DNA of 64,000 bases from Oikopleura dioica (Eukaryota > Animalia > Chordata), in contig OU015567.1 in NCBI GenBank assembly GCA_907165135.1, forward strand, positions 11,656,001 to 11,720,000, given 5' to 3'. The translations under genes and the position numbers were made by a program. The first letter of the stretch is position 1; every line of letters begins with the position of its first letter. Shown here piece by piece: positions 48,601-62,454 of the stretch. Below the pieces are notes generated by a model. It was not told where the DNA came from. It worked only from the letters and a program-made list of their open reading frames with translations, and searched no databases.

Positions 48601-51600
48601 GTCGGTATGAATGCAAATACAGAGGGAATGCCAATGTTCACGACTGTTATTACAAAACTTGGATATATCAAGAAACTGCGTCAGGACATACCGGCGTCGA
48701 CGGATAAAACAATAATGATGCGCTGGCTTCAAGTTCCCAATGCGGATCATTTCATCCTGAAAGTCACAAGCAAACGGACAAACAAGCGTATCCAAGTGCA
48801 CAAGATTCCTGCAAAGGACTCTTCTCTTCTCATTCGCGATCTTCGACCGGCAACTATCTATGTGATCGAGATTCAGGCGTTTTCTGATATTTCTGACTCC
48901 TATCCTACGGATTTCAGCCCGCAAACTAAAATCACGCCAATCAAGGGATTCTCTGTTGATTTCACCTCAGACATCCTTCTTCGATTGATCTGGAATTCAT
49001 TCACTGATAACACCTATCACATCGCAGGAGACGGAAGATACTGGAAAATTGACACGAATGACTTCCAATGGATCCCCGACTTGGTCGCCGATACAAATTA
49101 CAACTTCACAATTTGGGCAACCAAGGACATCTACTACTCTGACAACACGACTCTCACTGCTCTGACGCACATGTCCGCACCGACTGTAAATGTCGACTCA
49201 CGGACTCATACAGTGATCAAAATCAGCTGGACACAAGTACCTCGTGCAGACCAATATCGTATTCAATACGTCGACACGCCGACATTCAAAAAAATCGTCG
49301 ATTCTGGCCGCGAGAAGACTTTCCGAATGCGCTATCTTCTCTCTGAAGATCAAAATATCAGAGTTCGAAATCTCGATCCGTACACTGAATATCTTTTCTT
49401 TGTCCGAGCAGAACGGGGTCAGCAAATTGGTGAGAATGGAACTGTCACTGATTACACCAGACTTTCACCAACTCAAGCGATTGAAATCAAGTCAAGAACA
49501 GATAAGACCTCCCAGTTGAGTTGGGCCTCTGTTAACGGAGCAAAAGGGTACACGATTAAATACCAAGCCCAAGAGCCCGTTCAAAATGAAGAACTTTCAA
49601 TTTATGTCGAGCAGACTAAAGAAAAGCTGGTCAATTTGCTCCCTGGATCGACCTACAAACTCGTCATCATTGCTGAAGCGCCAGAAACAAGTGGCCAGCC
49701 GGCAAACGATGAGTTCGACACCTTCCTTGAAGCTCCTGAGCAAGTCACTACAAAGATCTATGACACTTACACTAAAACAATCTGCTGGAACCCAGTTTTT
49801 ATGGCTGAAGGATACACGATGAATTACGCATCGATTGAGCCAGAAGACAAAGTTTCTCGGGCAAAGGACTTTACCGATTTTGTAGAAGGAAGTGAGACCT
49901 GTGGATACATCGACGACCTTCTTCCGGGTTTAAAATATCAAATATCAATTTGGGGCTGGAATCAGCGATATGACGGAATGAAATCAAAATACAAGTCGGC
50001 GACATTGTTGGAAGCGCCGGAAGACTTTGAAGTGAATTTCTACAACAACACTCAAATTGAAGTGGTTTTTGCGCCCGTGACTCGTGCTCTTCGATACGAG
50101 CTGGCTCATGCAAAGATTAATTCTTCCGATTGGGTCATCGACGGAGAAACATCAGACCTCAAATTCCCCATCAACTCTCTGACTCCATTCACCGAATACG
50201 ACATAAAAATCAACCCGATCAACAAAGTCACTCGAGGTTACGAATCGAAACTGGCTCACTGGAGCAAGCTTAATCCAATTTCCAACTTCCAGCGAATAAA
50301 ACTGACTCCTAACCAAGTCACATTGAAATGGGATCCAGTCGAACACGCAGTAAAATACAGGGTTTTCTATGTCTCCGAAGTTTCTAATTTGACCCTCCAA
50401 GAAACTGATTATGCTGGAATCATCATCACTGGGCTTGAAGAAACAACTCTTTACAATATTTCCGTTGAACCAGTTGCTGAAAACGAAGTTCCCGGTGTAA
50501 TGACTCTTTATCCGGTCATTACTGAAGCAAAGACAGTTGAAGATCTAGTCATTGAAGACATCGAGCCCTGGCGAATGATTTTGACATGGACTGGAACTGA
50601 AAAAGCTATTGCTTACGAAGTGCACGTCAACTCGACTGAGTATTCCTACATCATGCGAGTTCGAACAAACCGCGCTTTTATCCGTCAATTAGAGCCTGGA
50701 ATCAAACAAAATTTCAAAGTCTATGTCATCACGAGAATCTCACGCTCTCAGCCCGTCCCCGTCGCTGGATTCACTACACTTCCTCTGCCGGATTCCGCTC
50801 GAGTTACCAAAATCACCCATTCGAAAGTCATGACAAAATGGAACGCTGCTCTAGAAGATTGGGCCCCGGCTTTCGACGATCTGTACTATCGATGTGTTTT
50901 GATCAAGGACTACTCAAACGAGACCGTGGTGAACACGACAACGACGGAACTTGGATTTGATTTCACGAATCTAGAGTTGAACACTCGATATACCATCATT
51001 CTCAGCTCCGAGAGTCCTGACACATCATCAGATGAGCGAATTATTGAAATCAGAACACTTTTGCCGGATTCACCAGATTTGGACATGAATGAAATCAACG
51101 ATGACAACGTTGTTTTGACATGGAATAAAACTGTTGGCTTGAACTACGCTGTCTATGTAAAACCCTTAACATGCCCGGCTGACAAAGTTGTTATTTGCGA
51201 CATCGCAGAGACGGAAAATGTCGTGGTGGAAGGACTTGTACCTGCTTGCCTCTATGATCTGGTCATTTATGGACAGATTTGTCCAAAAGATAGAAAACTG
51301 ACCATTGAAGATGATCGAAAACGAATCGCGAATCAGATGTTTTATACAAAACTCGAGTCTGTTACCGATATCGAAATCATAGAAGAGGATCGTATTGCCA
51401 ATTTCAGCTGGTCACGTGTCCCAGAAACAAGTTTTTATGTAATTCAGTGGACGTCGCCGGAACTAATTTCCGAAAATGTGACAAAAACCAGCGAAGATGA
51501 ACGAATAGTCGCACAAAATCTTCAGCCGAATACGCTTTACGAAGGATCCATTTGGGGAACAAATCCAGATACAAAGTCGAATCCTGCTCCATTCTCACTT

Positions 51601-54600
51601 CATACAAAAATGACAAGAGTAAATGCGACTTTGAGACAATCCGGGCCTGATTTCTTGGAATACGCATGGGACAAAGTAAACGGAGCAGAGCGATATGATT
51701 TCAATGGCATGCCTCAGTTCCCGGGAGAGGATCCTTTTGCTAAATCAACAACATCAACTTCAATCAAATTCGATCAACTCATTGATGGATCCTTATATCT
51801 CATTGAAGCAGAAGCTGTCAACGAAGACACAACATCTGTTCTTTCGCAGTATTACGTTTGGACACGTCTTTATGAGCCGGATGTTGTAATCTCAAATGTT
51901 GAGGACACTTCCCTCGTTCTCTCTGTAGAGCACGTCGATAAAGCGACCAGAATTGTCGGAAAAATAAACGATGCGCCAATAGACTTTCCATTGAACTCAA
52001 GTGAGAGTCGAACTGAAATCGTCCTAGATAACCTAGAACAAGGTTCAATGCAATCTGTGAAGATTCAAGCTGTCAATGATAACTGCACCTCCCATTTCGT
52101 CGAGAAAAATGTCATGCTCTTACTGACTACGCCAACGAATATAACTGTTCTTCCTTCAGCAGATTCAGTCACTCTCGAGTGGTCCGCGATTTCGAAAGCT
52201 TCGAATTATCTCCTCACCCTCACCGCAGAAAACGGAGAAGCAACTCAAATAGAAGTGAGGATTCCTCAGTATACCTTTTTTGGCTTATCAGCTGGAACGC
52301 TATACAAGATTACCATCCAAGCGGTCAATGAAGAGACAAAATCAGCAGAAGCGCTCATCGAAACCTACACTAGACTTGACACGCTTTCTCAAGTAGATCT
52401 GATTGAAATCGAACCGACAAGTCTGTCCCTCGAATGGAACACTGTCGACGGCGCAACTGGTTACGAAATTTCAGTCAAGCAGCATTATGATCAAAAATTG
52501 AATCTCACGGAATCTACTTTGCTTTTTCACACAACGAATAGCAGCTATCAAGTAACAGGACTTGTTCCTGGTGCAAAATACAGCTACTCAGTCGCTGGTA
52601 AAAATCTCAATACGCTTTCCGACGCAGAAGTTTTCACAATCTACACTGAGCTTGAAAATATTCCCGAAGTAGCAGCTGTTCAGGTTCACCATAATGACAT
52701 GACTGTTTCGTGGGGCTTTGTTCCGAACGCGGTGGAATATGTTGTTGAATTATCTGATAGCGCCGGACGACAAATTCACTCCGAAACTGTCCAAGCTCAA
52801 GAAACAGAATGGATCGCGAATTCGATCGAATTGAAAAATCTTCAGCCAGGTGCTTTTTACAACGTCAGTCTTCAAGCTTTCAATGATGTTACAAAATCTA
52901 ACGTTGCTGTGCTGAGCCACTACACCTTGCTTAACCCATTCAACCCCCGAGACGTGGTCATTTTCGAAAAGCGACCAGAAGGAATTGTTTTCTCTTGGCA
53001 ACCGATTGACGGCGCAGATTCATACAAAATTATAATTGATAAGGACTTTGAATTAACGTATTTCATGGACCGCGGTGAGGAAAACCCTCGCGAGCTCATC
53101 ACTAACGAGACTTCCTACGATGTCACCGATCTACTCCCCGATACGAAGTACAAATACGAATTGATCGCCTTCAATCAAAAGACATTCTCTGAGTCTTTCT
53201 ACGGCTACGAAGCGACTCTTTTGCCAGATATCGAGCTAGCCGAAATCGTTGAAAAAACTTACGCAAGTTTCAAGGCTCAATGGTCGAACGTTCCCGGGGC
53301 CGCAGATTATCTCGTTCAGCTGAGATATACAAACGGACAAGTCTTATTCTTGACGTCCTTGTTCAAGGCTGAAATTGACCTGCGATTCGGATCACTCTTA
53401 CCTGGCGTTTCGTACACTCTAAGTATCATCGGTCGAAATGAAATCACGGAGACAAGGTCAAAATCACTCTCTGTTTGGACTAAACTTTCTCCAATCATCA
53501 ACTTGAGAAGCAACGACGATGAGCTGCAAGAAGACAAAGTGGTTCTAGAGTGGGAAGATGTCCCCGGAACAGCCCACTACCACATTGTCGTTCTCGAAGT
53601 TGAAACAGATGTAGTTGTATTCACTGAGAACATCACCGAAAACAAGTATGAGAGAAGAAATCTCACGGCAGGGACTAAATACCAGTTCACGATCCATGCT
53701 GTAAACGAGTTTACCGAGTCCGACACTGAACAAATCGCTGTAGCAACACCTCTCTCGAAACCAACTGACTACCAAATCAGCGTATTCCACCCTTATCTCA
53801 TCAAAGGCTCATGGAAACTAGGAGATGCACTGGCTCCTCGGCACAGGCGAATCACCTGGCGATGCGGAACTGATGATCCAAAATACTGCGATTGTTCCGA
53901 CTTCGAGGGATGCCCTGGCCATTATGTTTTGAAAAAGATCCGGGCTGATGGAGAAAAATCTTGGACACCCGAAATGCTCGGCGGCGGAGACGTTATTGAG
54001 GATTCCATTCAATTGGACAATGACATGGTTTACAGAATGTGCATCCGTGCTGAAAACCCTCAGACTGGCGAGAATTCTCGGCCATTTTGCGTCACTCTTA
54101 AAACCGGAATGATCGCTCAAGAAGCTGCAGAAGACCAGAAGCTGTGCATCCAACGAGATGTCAACTGGATCAATCCGCTTGAGATGATTCCAGCGATTTT
54201 GAACAATGGCGAATGGACCTACGAGCAAACTCCTAAAGGAGTCATTCCAAGTTACAATGCCGACTTGACCGCAACGTGCAAGAAAATCGGAAAAGTATAC
54301 AGTTGGGACTTGAAAGATTTTATCCGAATTCATCAAAAATCTTGCTCACCAGGTTGGATAAGCATCGACAACGATTTCCCTGGAGTAGTTGTCCAATGCC
54401 TTTTCCCAAAACACAAGTCGGGCACGCCTATCTTTCCAAAATCAATGATCGAAGTCAACTACTGCGAAAAACGAAGCGTAGATCCGAAACGACCTTGGAT
54501 CGCGCTGAGAAACGTTGCTAACGGCGGTCGCTGCGGATGCCACTATCTTAAAGCTTGCGAAAGATGGGACTATAAGCCTTTCCCTGGCTTTACTGTCCGA

Positions 54601-57600
54601 AACGCAGCGCCGATTATAACGATGCCGCTTGTGAAAAATGAGCAGGCTTGCTTGAAAAAGTGCGACGTTCAACGAGAACGAGAATGCGCAAAGATTCCGC
54701 AAGTAGTAAAAGAGGGAAAGACAAATTGCGTCTGTAAGAACTGCTGTCTGATGACCACTTTGTCAACTGAAGACGGTTGCGTTCTCTTCACATCATCTCT
54801 GAATCGAACGTCGACGAGAATCGAAGCGAGGGATCAGACAACTGTCTTCACGAACTTCCTCGGCGCGCAAGGATCCCCCGGCTTCCGCCTCCTTGATTTC
54901 ACCAACAATGGGGTGGCAAGGCCGGAAATGGATTACGAAGTGACTTTGTCATTTTCCTACGCTTCCGAAACCTGTGTCAGAATAATATTCGATCAGAACA
55001 ACGTTACCGAAGCAGTTTATCATGACATCATCATTCGAAAAGGACGAGATTATTCGAAATCAAAACCCTGCATGGAGACATATCCAACATTGAGCTTCTA
55101 CCCGGTTGAGCACGTGATCGATTATGATCTGGAAGAAGGTGAAACAATCAAGATTGTTGAAACCTATTCTTACAGCGACTATGGCATTTATGACAGCATC
55201 GTTGAAATAACATCGACGGATGATGATCAAGCCGGTGATAATATCGTAAAAGACCAAATGATTCAAAAGAAAATCGGCATCAACCAGTTTGGCTGCCAAT
55301 ATCCAGCGATCAAGATCGAAGGCCCGTGGCTCGCGGACGAGACGAAAACAATTACGCTTCCGAAGTCGAAGAAATTGATTCTTTCGGCAACCAGTGACAT
55401 TCAATGCGAAGTGAATCCAGGCTACAGTTTCCGCTGGACAGCAAAACTGATTGGTTTCGACCATAGCTTCGACAACATGGTTATTGACGGAAACATGACT
55501 TTGGAAGATCACCTTGAGCTCATCGAAGAGTCTTCCGGAGATGTCGAAAATCTGGAAGGCTCTGGCAGTTACATCGAACTCGTTCTTGCTGAAAAACTTG
55601 AAGCTGCTCTGCAGCCACGTGATTTAATCGAAGGCTTGTGGAAAGTAACAATTGAACTGGAATTCAACGATTTGGACTTTTTGGTTGAAGACGTTGTCTG
55701 GATAAATGTCATTCCAAGTCCACTCGAAATCGACATTGAAGGTGGCGAAAAACGAACTGCTGGACATGGAAAAACCATTCAATTTAAAGCTGATGCAATT
55801 GATCCAGACGAGTCAAGCTCTGACCAAACCAAAGGAATTGAATTTGAGTGGTTTATTTTGGGTACAAACGCGACAGAAACAATCCCTATCGATGCATATT
55901 TTGAAGAGCTTTATGCAAATCAAAGCCTTTTGCCGTATCACTGGGAGGACAAACCAACTGAAGAGGGCAAATTTGATCTTTCAGACATGTATCAAATTCG
56001 ATCTAAATCCGAAGTCTGGATCAACACCGACTTCTTTTACATGAACGAGCCATTCAAAGTCATACTCGTCTGCAGCAAGGATATTCGAGAGGCGATTTTC
56101 GAGCAGACTGTTACGGCCGTTGCAGGTGATCCGCCAGATTTCTTCATCAAGTGTGTGGAAAACTGCAAGGATAAATTGAATCGAGGCGAAGTTCTTTCTC
56201 TTATGATAAAATGCAAAAATTGTGTTCGCGGAAGATCGCCTCGATTTTTCTGGAGCTTCAGTCTTTACGACCTTCCAGAGGAGGAAGAAGAGGATGAATA
56301 CTCTTCATATGATGAGCCCGATGAGCCAGGATCAGCAATCGTTGATGATGTTCCATCCATGACGGCAACGTTCAACCAGAGAATTATGAAAGTCCACAAG
56401 AACTATTTCTTGCCCGGGCGAGAGTATTCGATTGACGTTTCTGTATCTATGGACGGATACGACGAAGAACTCGACCAAATCGTTCGACAAGAGGCTTCCA
56501 ACCAAATTGTCCGAAAAGTGAACCTTCCACCAATTGATGGTCATTGCGTTGGAATCGGAGGCGAATCTACCTGCGATTACATTACCCAAGAGCAATATGA
56601 ACTGGTTCCAAATGAGAATGCCACGGTTATTTTTACCGAAGACATTCCGGAAGCAGAATGCTCAGAAGCCTGTTGTTTCGGTGAAGCAATCAACTGTCTT
56701 GGATATCAATTTACCGCAGCTATCAATGAAACGAATGGAAACTGCACCCTTTTCGATATTGCCGAGGACGATGAAAATGTTGAGCTTCTGTATGTTCCTG
56801 AGGATTCTTATTTCAGCCGATACAATCGCCGTGTTTTCGCAAAAGTAGAGGCGGTCAAAGGCGAAGTGAGTTTTCAATGCCAAGACTGGTTTGATGAAGG
56901 AACTTTTCTGAACTACGAGGAAGCTGCTGGTCGCCAGCCTCAGCTTATGTACCGATTTACGACAAAACCGATCAATGAATCAATTGATCCTTTCCTGCTC
57001 TACCACGGTCCGTCCCCTCAAACACCAAAACTCTCCCTCCCGCTCGGCAACAAAGACTTCTTCTTCTTTGGTCTCCGAGTTGTTGCTGAAATCTGCGATT
57101 TGTACGGAGAATGTGTTGACTCCAACGAAATCCTCGTCCAGTCCTTCCCAATGATCTCTGTCGACGTGGGCGGAGACTTGATGAACGCTGTTTCTGGAAA
57201 TAGCTCGAAATTGCTTACAGCAGTGAGCACTAAGAATCCGAAAATTGTGGCATCCATCACTGGCGCTGTTTCTAGCTATTTCATTCAAAACATTTCGGAT
57301 ATTTCGTCCGATACCTTGATCACAACAACCGCAGCTTTGACAACCGTGGCGGCCACAACAAGGCGATTGATTTTCGCAAACAACATGCCAACTCCAAATC
57401 CAATTGTCGAAGGACAGCCAGAAGAGCCACTGTTCGATCTTTCTCAAGTCGTCGCGAGACCAGTAGAAACTGATGGAATCGCAGCGGAAGAAGACTCAGA
57501 AGAAATCGCAAAACAAAAAGCTGAAGAAGCGGAACGAGTCCGTCAGTGGACACTTCAAATGGCTGCTGAGGCATCAAACTTCTTGTCATCCGGTTCTCTC

Positions 57601-60600
57601 GAAACGCAGAGCTCGCTTTCTCGAAGAAAAAGGCAAGTTCGAGATTTTATCCGAAAACGAGCAAGGCGATCTGCTGATTATTTCTACGACGAGTATCAAG
57701 GCGGGTCAGACAATTCATCCGATTATGAAATGTACGAATTCTCTGGAATTTCCGAACAGCTTTATGGACCGACTGAATCGCCAATTTATGTCACGACAAT
57801 GTCTGCTTATGAAAATGATTTGTCCTTGGAAGTCGAATCGTCCGTCAAAAAGGGGTTGAAGAAAGAACTGATGAACGCGATGGGAAGCATTGTCGATGTA
57901 ATTGTCTCGCCTGAGTCATTGATGCAAGTATCAGCAGCGGTTTCTACTTTCACTGAGACAGGAGATGATTTGGACGACGAAACGCAGCAAAAAGGCGCTG
58001 ATATGGCAGCGTCAATGACTTCCAATCTCAAAGGCTTCACTGAAGAAGCGAACAAAGAGCAACTGAGCAAGATCGGAGGAAAAGTCATGGCCAGTCTATC
58101 CGGTATCGTTTCCACTTCGACTCCAGACGATCAAGTGCTGAAAGAAGACAAGCTCGCCGGAAAAGAGCCGAATTTCGACCAAATGGAAAAGCGAGACATC
58201 AACCCGATAGAAAACGAATGGATGAGAAAACTCGCACGACTTGAAAATCGAAAGAACATTGCCGAAAAAGCGCCAGCAGCGAAAAATATCACCTCAAAGT
58301 CCCTTGGCTCTGTTTCTGACCTGACAGGAGCGTTGACTACCAAGCAGATGGGAGGTGAAGAAGCGACTGAGGTTGAGTCAGGAGATCTAAGCGTCAACAC
58401 TCAGAAAATCAGCGCAGAGGATGCTTCAGGAGCCCAACTGAGGAACAAAAATGGCGTTTCCATCAAACTCCCGGAAATATCCGAAGCGACTACAGCCGCG
58501 CTTCTCGAGCAGGGTCAAGAAGAACTCGATATTCAAATGTCGACTTTTGGCAAAAACCCGTTCAAATATGATGATAACGCTTCTCTAGTCAATTCTGCTG
58601 TCACTGTGTTAAACATGCCGAACGGAACTGATGATATTTTGAAATCTGGAATGGGTCTCGCGATCCCCAATGATTTCAGCGCAGATAATCAAATGATGGA
58701 ATTGCATTTCCCCGACGAGGGAGTTCTGCAAGTCTCTCGTTTCGAAATCGTCGGCCCCGGTAATGCCATTCTGATGGTTTACGAGCCCCCACATCTGGAA
58801 GACACAACTGTTCATTATGAAGTGTTCATTAGAAACGGATCTGCGCCGGTTTTAGGATCAACTCCAGATGAGCATATTTTCGATTTCAAATTCTCTTTGC
58901 CTTTGAATCTTGAAATCTGGGAGATGGAAAATCCTGCGATCGACAAATACAAAGTTTTCATCCCAGAGAATGACATCGAATGCGAAGTTTATCCTTGCAG
59001 TTGGTTCGTTGGAAGCATGTACACTACATCCAACATGACTACGCCGCAACAAAATCGACGAAAACGACGATCACCTGATCTTCCTGACACGACGCACCAT
59101 CTTTTCCTCTCCACACCAGGCTGCAGAGTGCTCAATCAAGAAACCGGAAAATGGTCAAGCAACGGCTGCCATGTCGACTCTCGATCAACGCCAGAATACA
59201 CCGAGTGCTTCTGCAAGGATCTCCCTCAAAAAGCCATTTTCTCTGCTGAATTCTTCGTCCCTCCCAACAAAATTGACTTTTCCACAATTTGGTCAAAATT
59301 CTGCATAACATGCAATGCTGGAGTTTTCAGCTTCGTCATTGTTTTCCTTGCTCTTTGGCTGATCGCAGCTTGGTTTATTTTGAAAATGGACAAGAACGAT
59401 GCCATCAAGTGGGCTTTGCGAAGTCTCATTGACAATCGACGAGAAGACAAGGTACTGTATCAGATTTCTGTAACAACCGGTGGCGGAGGCGACTCATCAA
59501 CAAAGTCCAAAATCTATTTCCGTCTGGAAGGCATGCGAAAACGATCTAGAGTTCGAAGGTTAGGCACAACTAAAAACGCTCAGTTATTTGAGCGCGGTAC
59601 TAATAAGCATTTCCTCATGCGAGAAGCAGTTGACCTTGGCGAACTAAAAGCTCTTCAAATATGGCACGATAATTCCGGACGGGGAGCTTTGAAAGGCTGG
59701 TACTGCCAACAAGTTGTCGTCACTCATGTTCAAAGCAACAAACGCTGGTTCTTCATGATTCAAGATTATCTAGATGCGGCACGATCCGATGGCAAATGCG
59801 AGCGACTCGTCCCCCCAGCTGATCCCGATGAGAAGCAAAACTTCAACAAGCTCTTTGCCGCCACAAGTTGGTCGAAACTCTCCGATGATCATATCTGGCT
59901 CTCGACTTTTCATCGACCAACTAAATCTATCTTCAAGCGAATGGAACGTTGGTCTTGTTGTGCTTGTTTAACCTTTATTACCATGCTCACGAACATGATG
60001 TTCGCTGGACAAGAAGATAGCTCAGAAATGATCAGAATCGGTCCTTTCCGGTTCTCACCGAGCGCGATCTACATTTCCGCCATTTGCTCCCTCATCGTTG
60101 TTCCTGCTACGCTCATTCCGATCACCCTTTTCAAAAAAAGAAAGTCAAAAGCAAACGATGGCACAGATAACCGAGCAAAGGGTTTCCTACCTTGGTGGTC
60201 AAAATACGTTGCTTATGGGCTCAATTTTTGCGTAACAATCATCTGCGCCTTCTTTGTGATTCTTTACTCAATGGATTTTGGAAAGGCAAAATCTGACAAG
60301 TGGCTTCTCAACGAACTCATGTCCTTCTGTGTTAATATCGTTGTAGCTGAACCAATCAAGGTCGTTTTGATCAGTATGTTCATCGCTTCGATCCTCCGAA
60401 AGCTCGATCAATCGTTCTTGGACCTAATTGAAAACACGGAAATCGAGCAAGAAGACAAGCGATTCTTGGATCTGTGCTGTATCGAAGACGACTCTGGAGA
60501 AGCTCCTCTGATTACTCCCGCGCCACCAAATGAAAATGACCTGAACGCGGCGAAAGAATTGAGATACAAAGAAGAAAAAATGGTCGAAATCATTTGGGAC

Positions 60601-62454
60601 ATCATCGCTTACTTCATTTACATCTGTATCGTGATCTTCCTTGCTACAGGCAATCGAGATCCAATGGCATTCGCGCAAAACGAAAACATCAAAAACATGC
60701 TTTACTACGACAAGTTCGAAAAAGTCGAGTCTGTGGACGATTTCTGGAACTGGATAAATAGCTCTGTCCGGGACAGCATCTATCCAACACATGCATACAA
60801 CGGACGAAAACTCAACTGGCGAGAAAGAGCGTTTATGGAAGATGGCGCAAGTTTCCGTGTTGGACCGGCGCGAATTCGCTTGCAGCGCGGCGATCCATGG
60901 TCTTGTCGCATGTATGATGAAGAAACCGACTTTCCTGGGTCACCTGAGCCGCGAAAACGATGCGATCATGGGGACGAAATCAAAGGAAATTACGACACTG
61001 GATGGCACAATGAGATTGACGCCAGTACTGTTGACGTCGATGATATTTTCGAACAAGCGTGGATCTACCGCAGCTGGAAAGAACTCAACGGTGCACCATT
61101 CCAAGGAGACATCGGAATCTACAACGGTGGTGGTTATTCCGCCGAGTTAGGAGTCAACCCTGAGACATGCTCCGCCATCGTCAAGTATCTTCATCAAAAT
61201 GCGTTCATTTCGCACACAGCTTCAGCGTCTTTTGTCGAGTTCACTATCTACAACACTGCTTCCAACCTCTTCAGCAAGGTGCAATTCGTTTCCGAATGGC
61301 TTCCCTCGGGAAATTCGGTAAACAACTTCAAAATCGACACTTTCCGACTGTATCACTACGAAGGAACAGTTGGATCGATGATGGTGGTTGCGCACATCTT
61401 CTTCATTGCTCACATGATTTTCAAAATCGTCTCGACAATCAAAGACGGATTCTGCAAGTTTGGATTCTGGGGCGTTGTAAAGGACAATTGGAAGCTTTTC
61501 GAAGTTATAATGATCCTTCTGGACATTTTAATTCTCATTTTCTACTCGGTCCGAATGATGGTCAGCGACAAACTCATCGATCTTTTCAAGGATGACAAAC
61601 GCTCCTTCGTGAACTTTGACCCAGTTGTGGCGGCAGATTCGACGTTAGGTTGGATCATTTCTTTTGCGGTTTTCTTTTCCATTCTCAAATTTGGCAAGTT
61701 GCTTCGATTCAATCAACGAATTGAAATGCTTTCTTCCGTTATCAAGAAGATCGGACAGGAGTGGTCGGGATTCTTTGTGATGTTCATGACAGTTCTGATG
61801 AGCTTCTTGTCCATGGCAATGATTATGTGGAACAAGTACTCAAGGAAAGGATCAAAAAATATATTTATTTACTTTTATCTAAAGATGTCACAGCGATTCG
61901 AGATATCGATTTGAGAATGATACTGATCCTAAAAAAGCTACTTCTCAAACATCATCCGCGGATCTGAAACCCTCCTTGACGGAATGCTGGGCGGTTTGCT
62001 CTATAAAACTTTGACGGAGCGATATCCTGTCTTCGGTGCCTGGTATTACCTATTCTTCTGTTTCACGATGATGTTCCTTATTTTGAACGTACTCGTCGCG
62101 ATTATCAACACTTCATGCGAGTTGGGAAGTGAAGAGCTTTTGAGCAAATCGAATGAGTTTGAAATAATGGAATTCATGATGAAATCGTTCAAAACGAAAA
62201 TTTCCTGGCTCTCTGGAGAACAAGCCGATCCAGAAGTAGACGATGTTACTGCTGAAGTCCAGCTTAGAGTTGAAAAACTCAAGAGCTCAAGAATTAACAG
62301 ACTGCAGAAACAAGAAGCTGAAGCAATGAGCACTTTTGAAAAATCGATGAAAGCGCTGAAACGACTCGACAACGTCAACTTCGAGAGGAGCCTTGGTATC
62401 AACCCGGAAATGAAGTACAAAGCATCGACTTTACGAAGACGACCCTCCAAGTAA
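45669..62454 (+). CDS. Giant polycystin-1-like (PKD1L/REJ family) protein: PAN-like, ~28-29 FN3, PAN-like, REJ, GAIN/GPS, TM1, PLAT, 11-TM polycystin channel region
   Basis: 5412-aa ORF with regularly spaced FN3 W/Y motifs; REJ-like FFIKCVENC...LNRGEVLSL...C..C; GPS-like CRVLNQETGKWSSNGC...CFC; PLAT YQISVTTG...LGELKALQIWHDNSG...WYCQQVVV; MERWSCC; TOP domain GGYSAEL...FVEFTIYN...LF; LLRFN. The final exon (from ~61938) reads YFSNIIRGSETLLDGMLG...YPVFGAWYY...MMFLILNVLVAIIN. Confidence 0.92.
46080..54100 (+). repeat. Tandem array of ~28-29 divergent fibronectin type III domains
   Basis: Counted by eye from ~90-aa periodic motifs of the type 'L.W..V.GA..Y.I...L.P.T.Y.I.V.A.N'. Confidence 0.8.

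Noticed and set aside
45769-61600. Numerous antisense and alternative-frame ORFs over the polycystin gene, and similar shadow ORFs over Lon, lipin and the adaptor
   Set aside because: Expected shadows of long coding sequence; no independent motifs.
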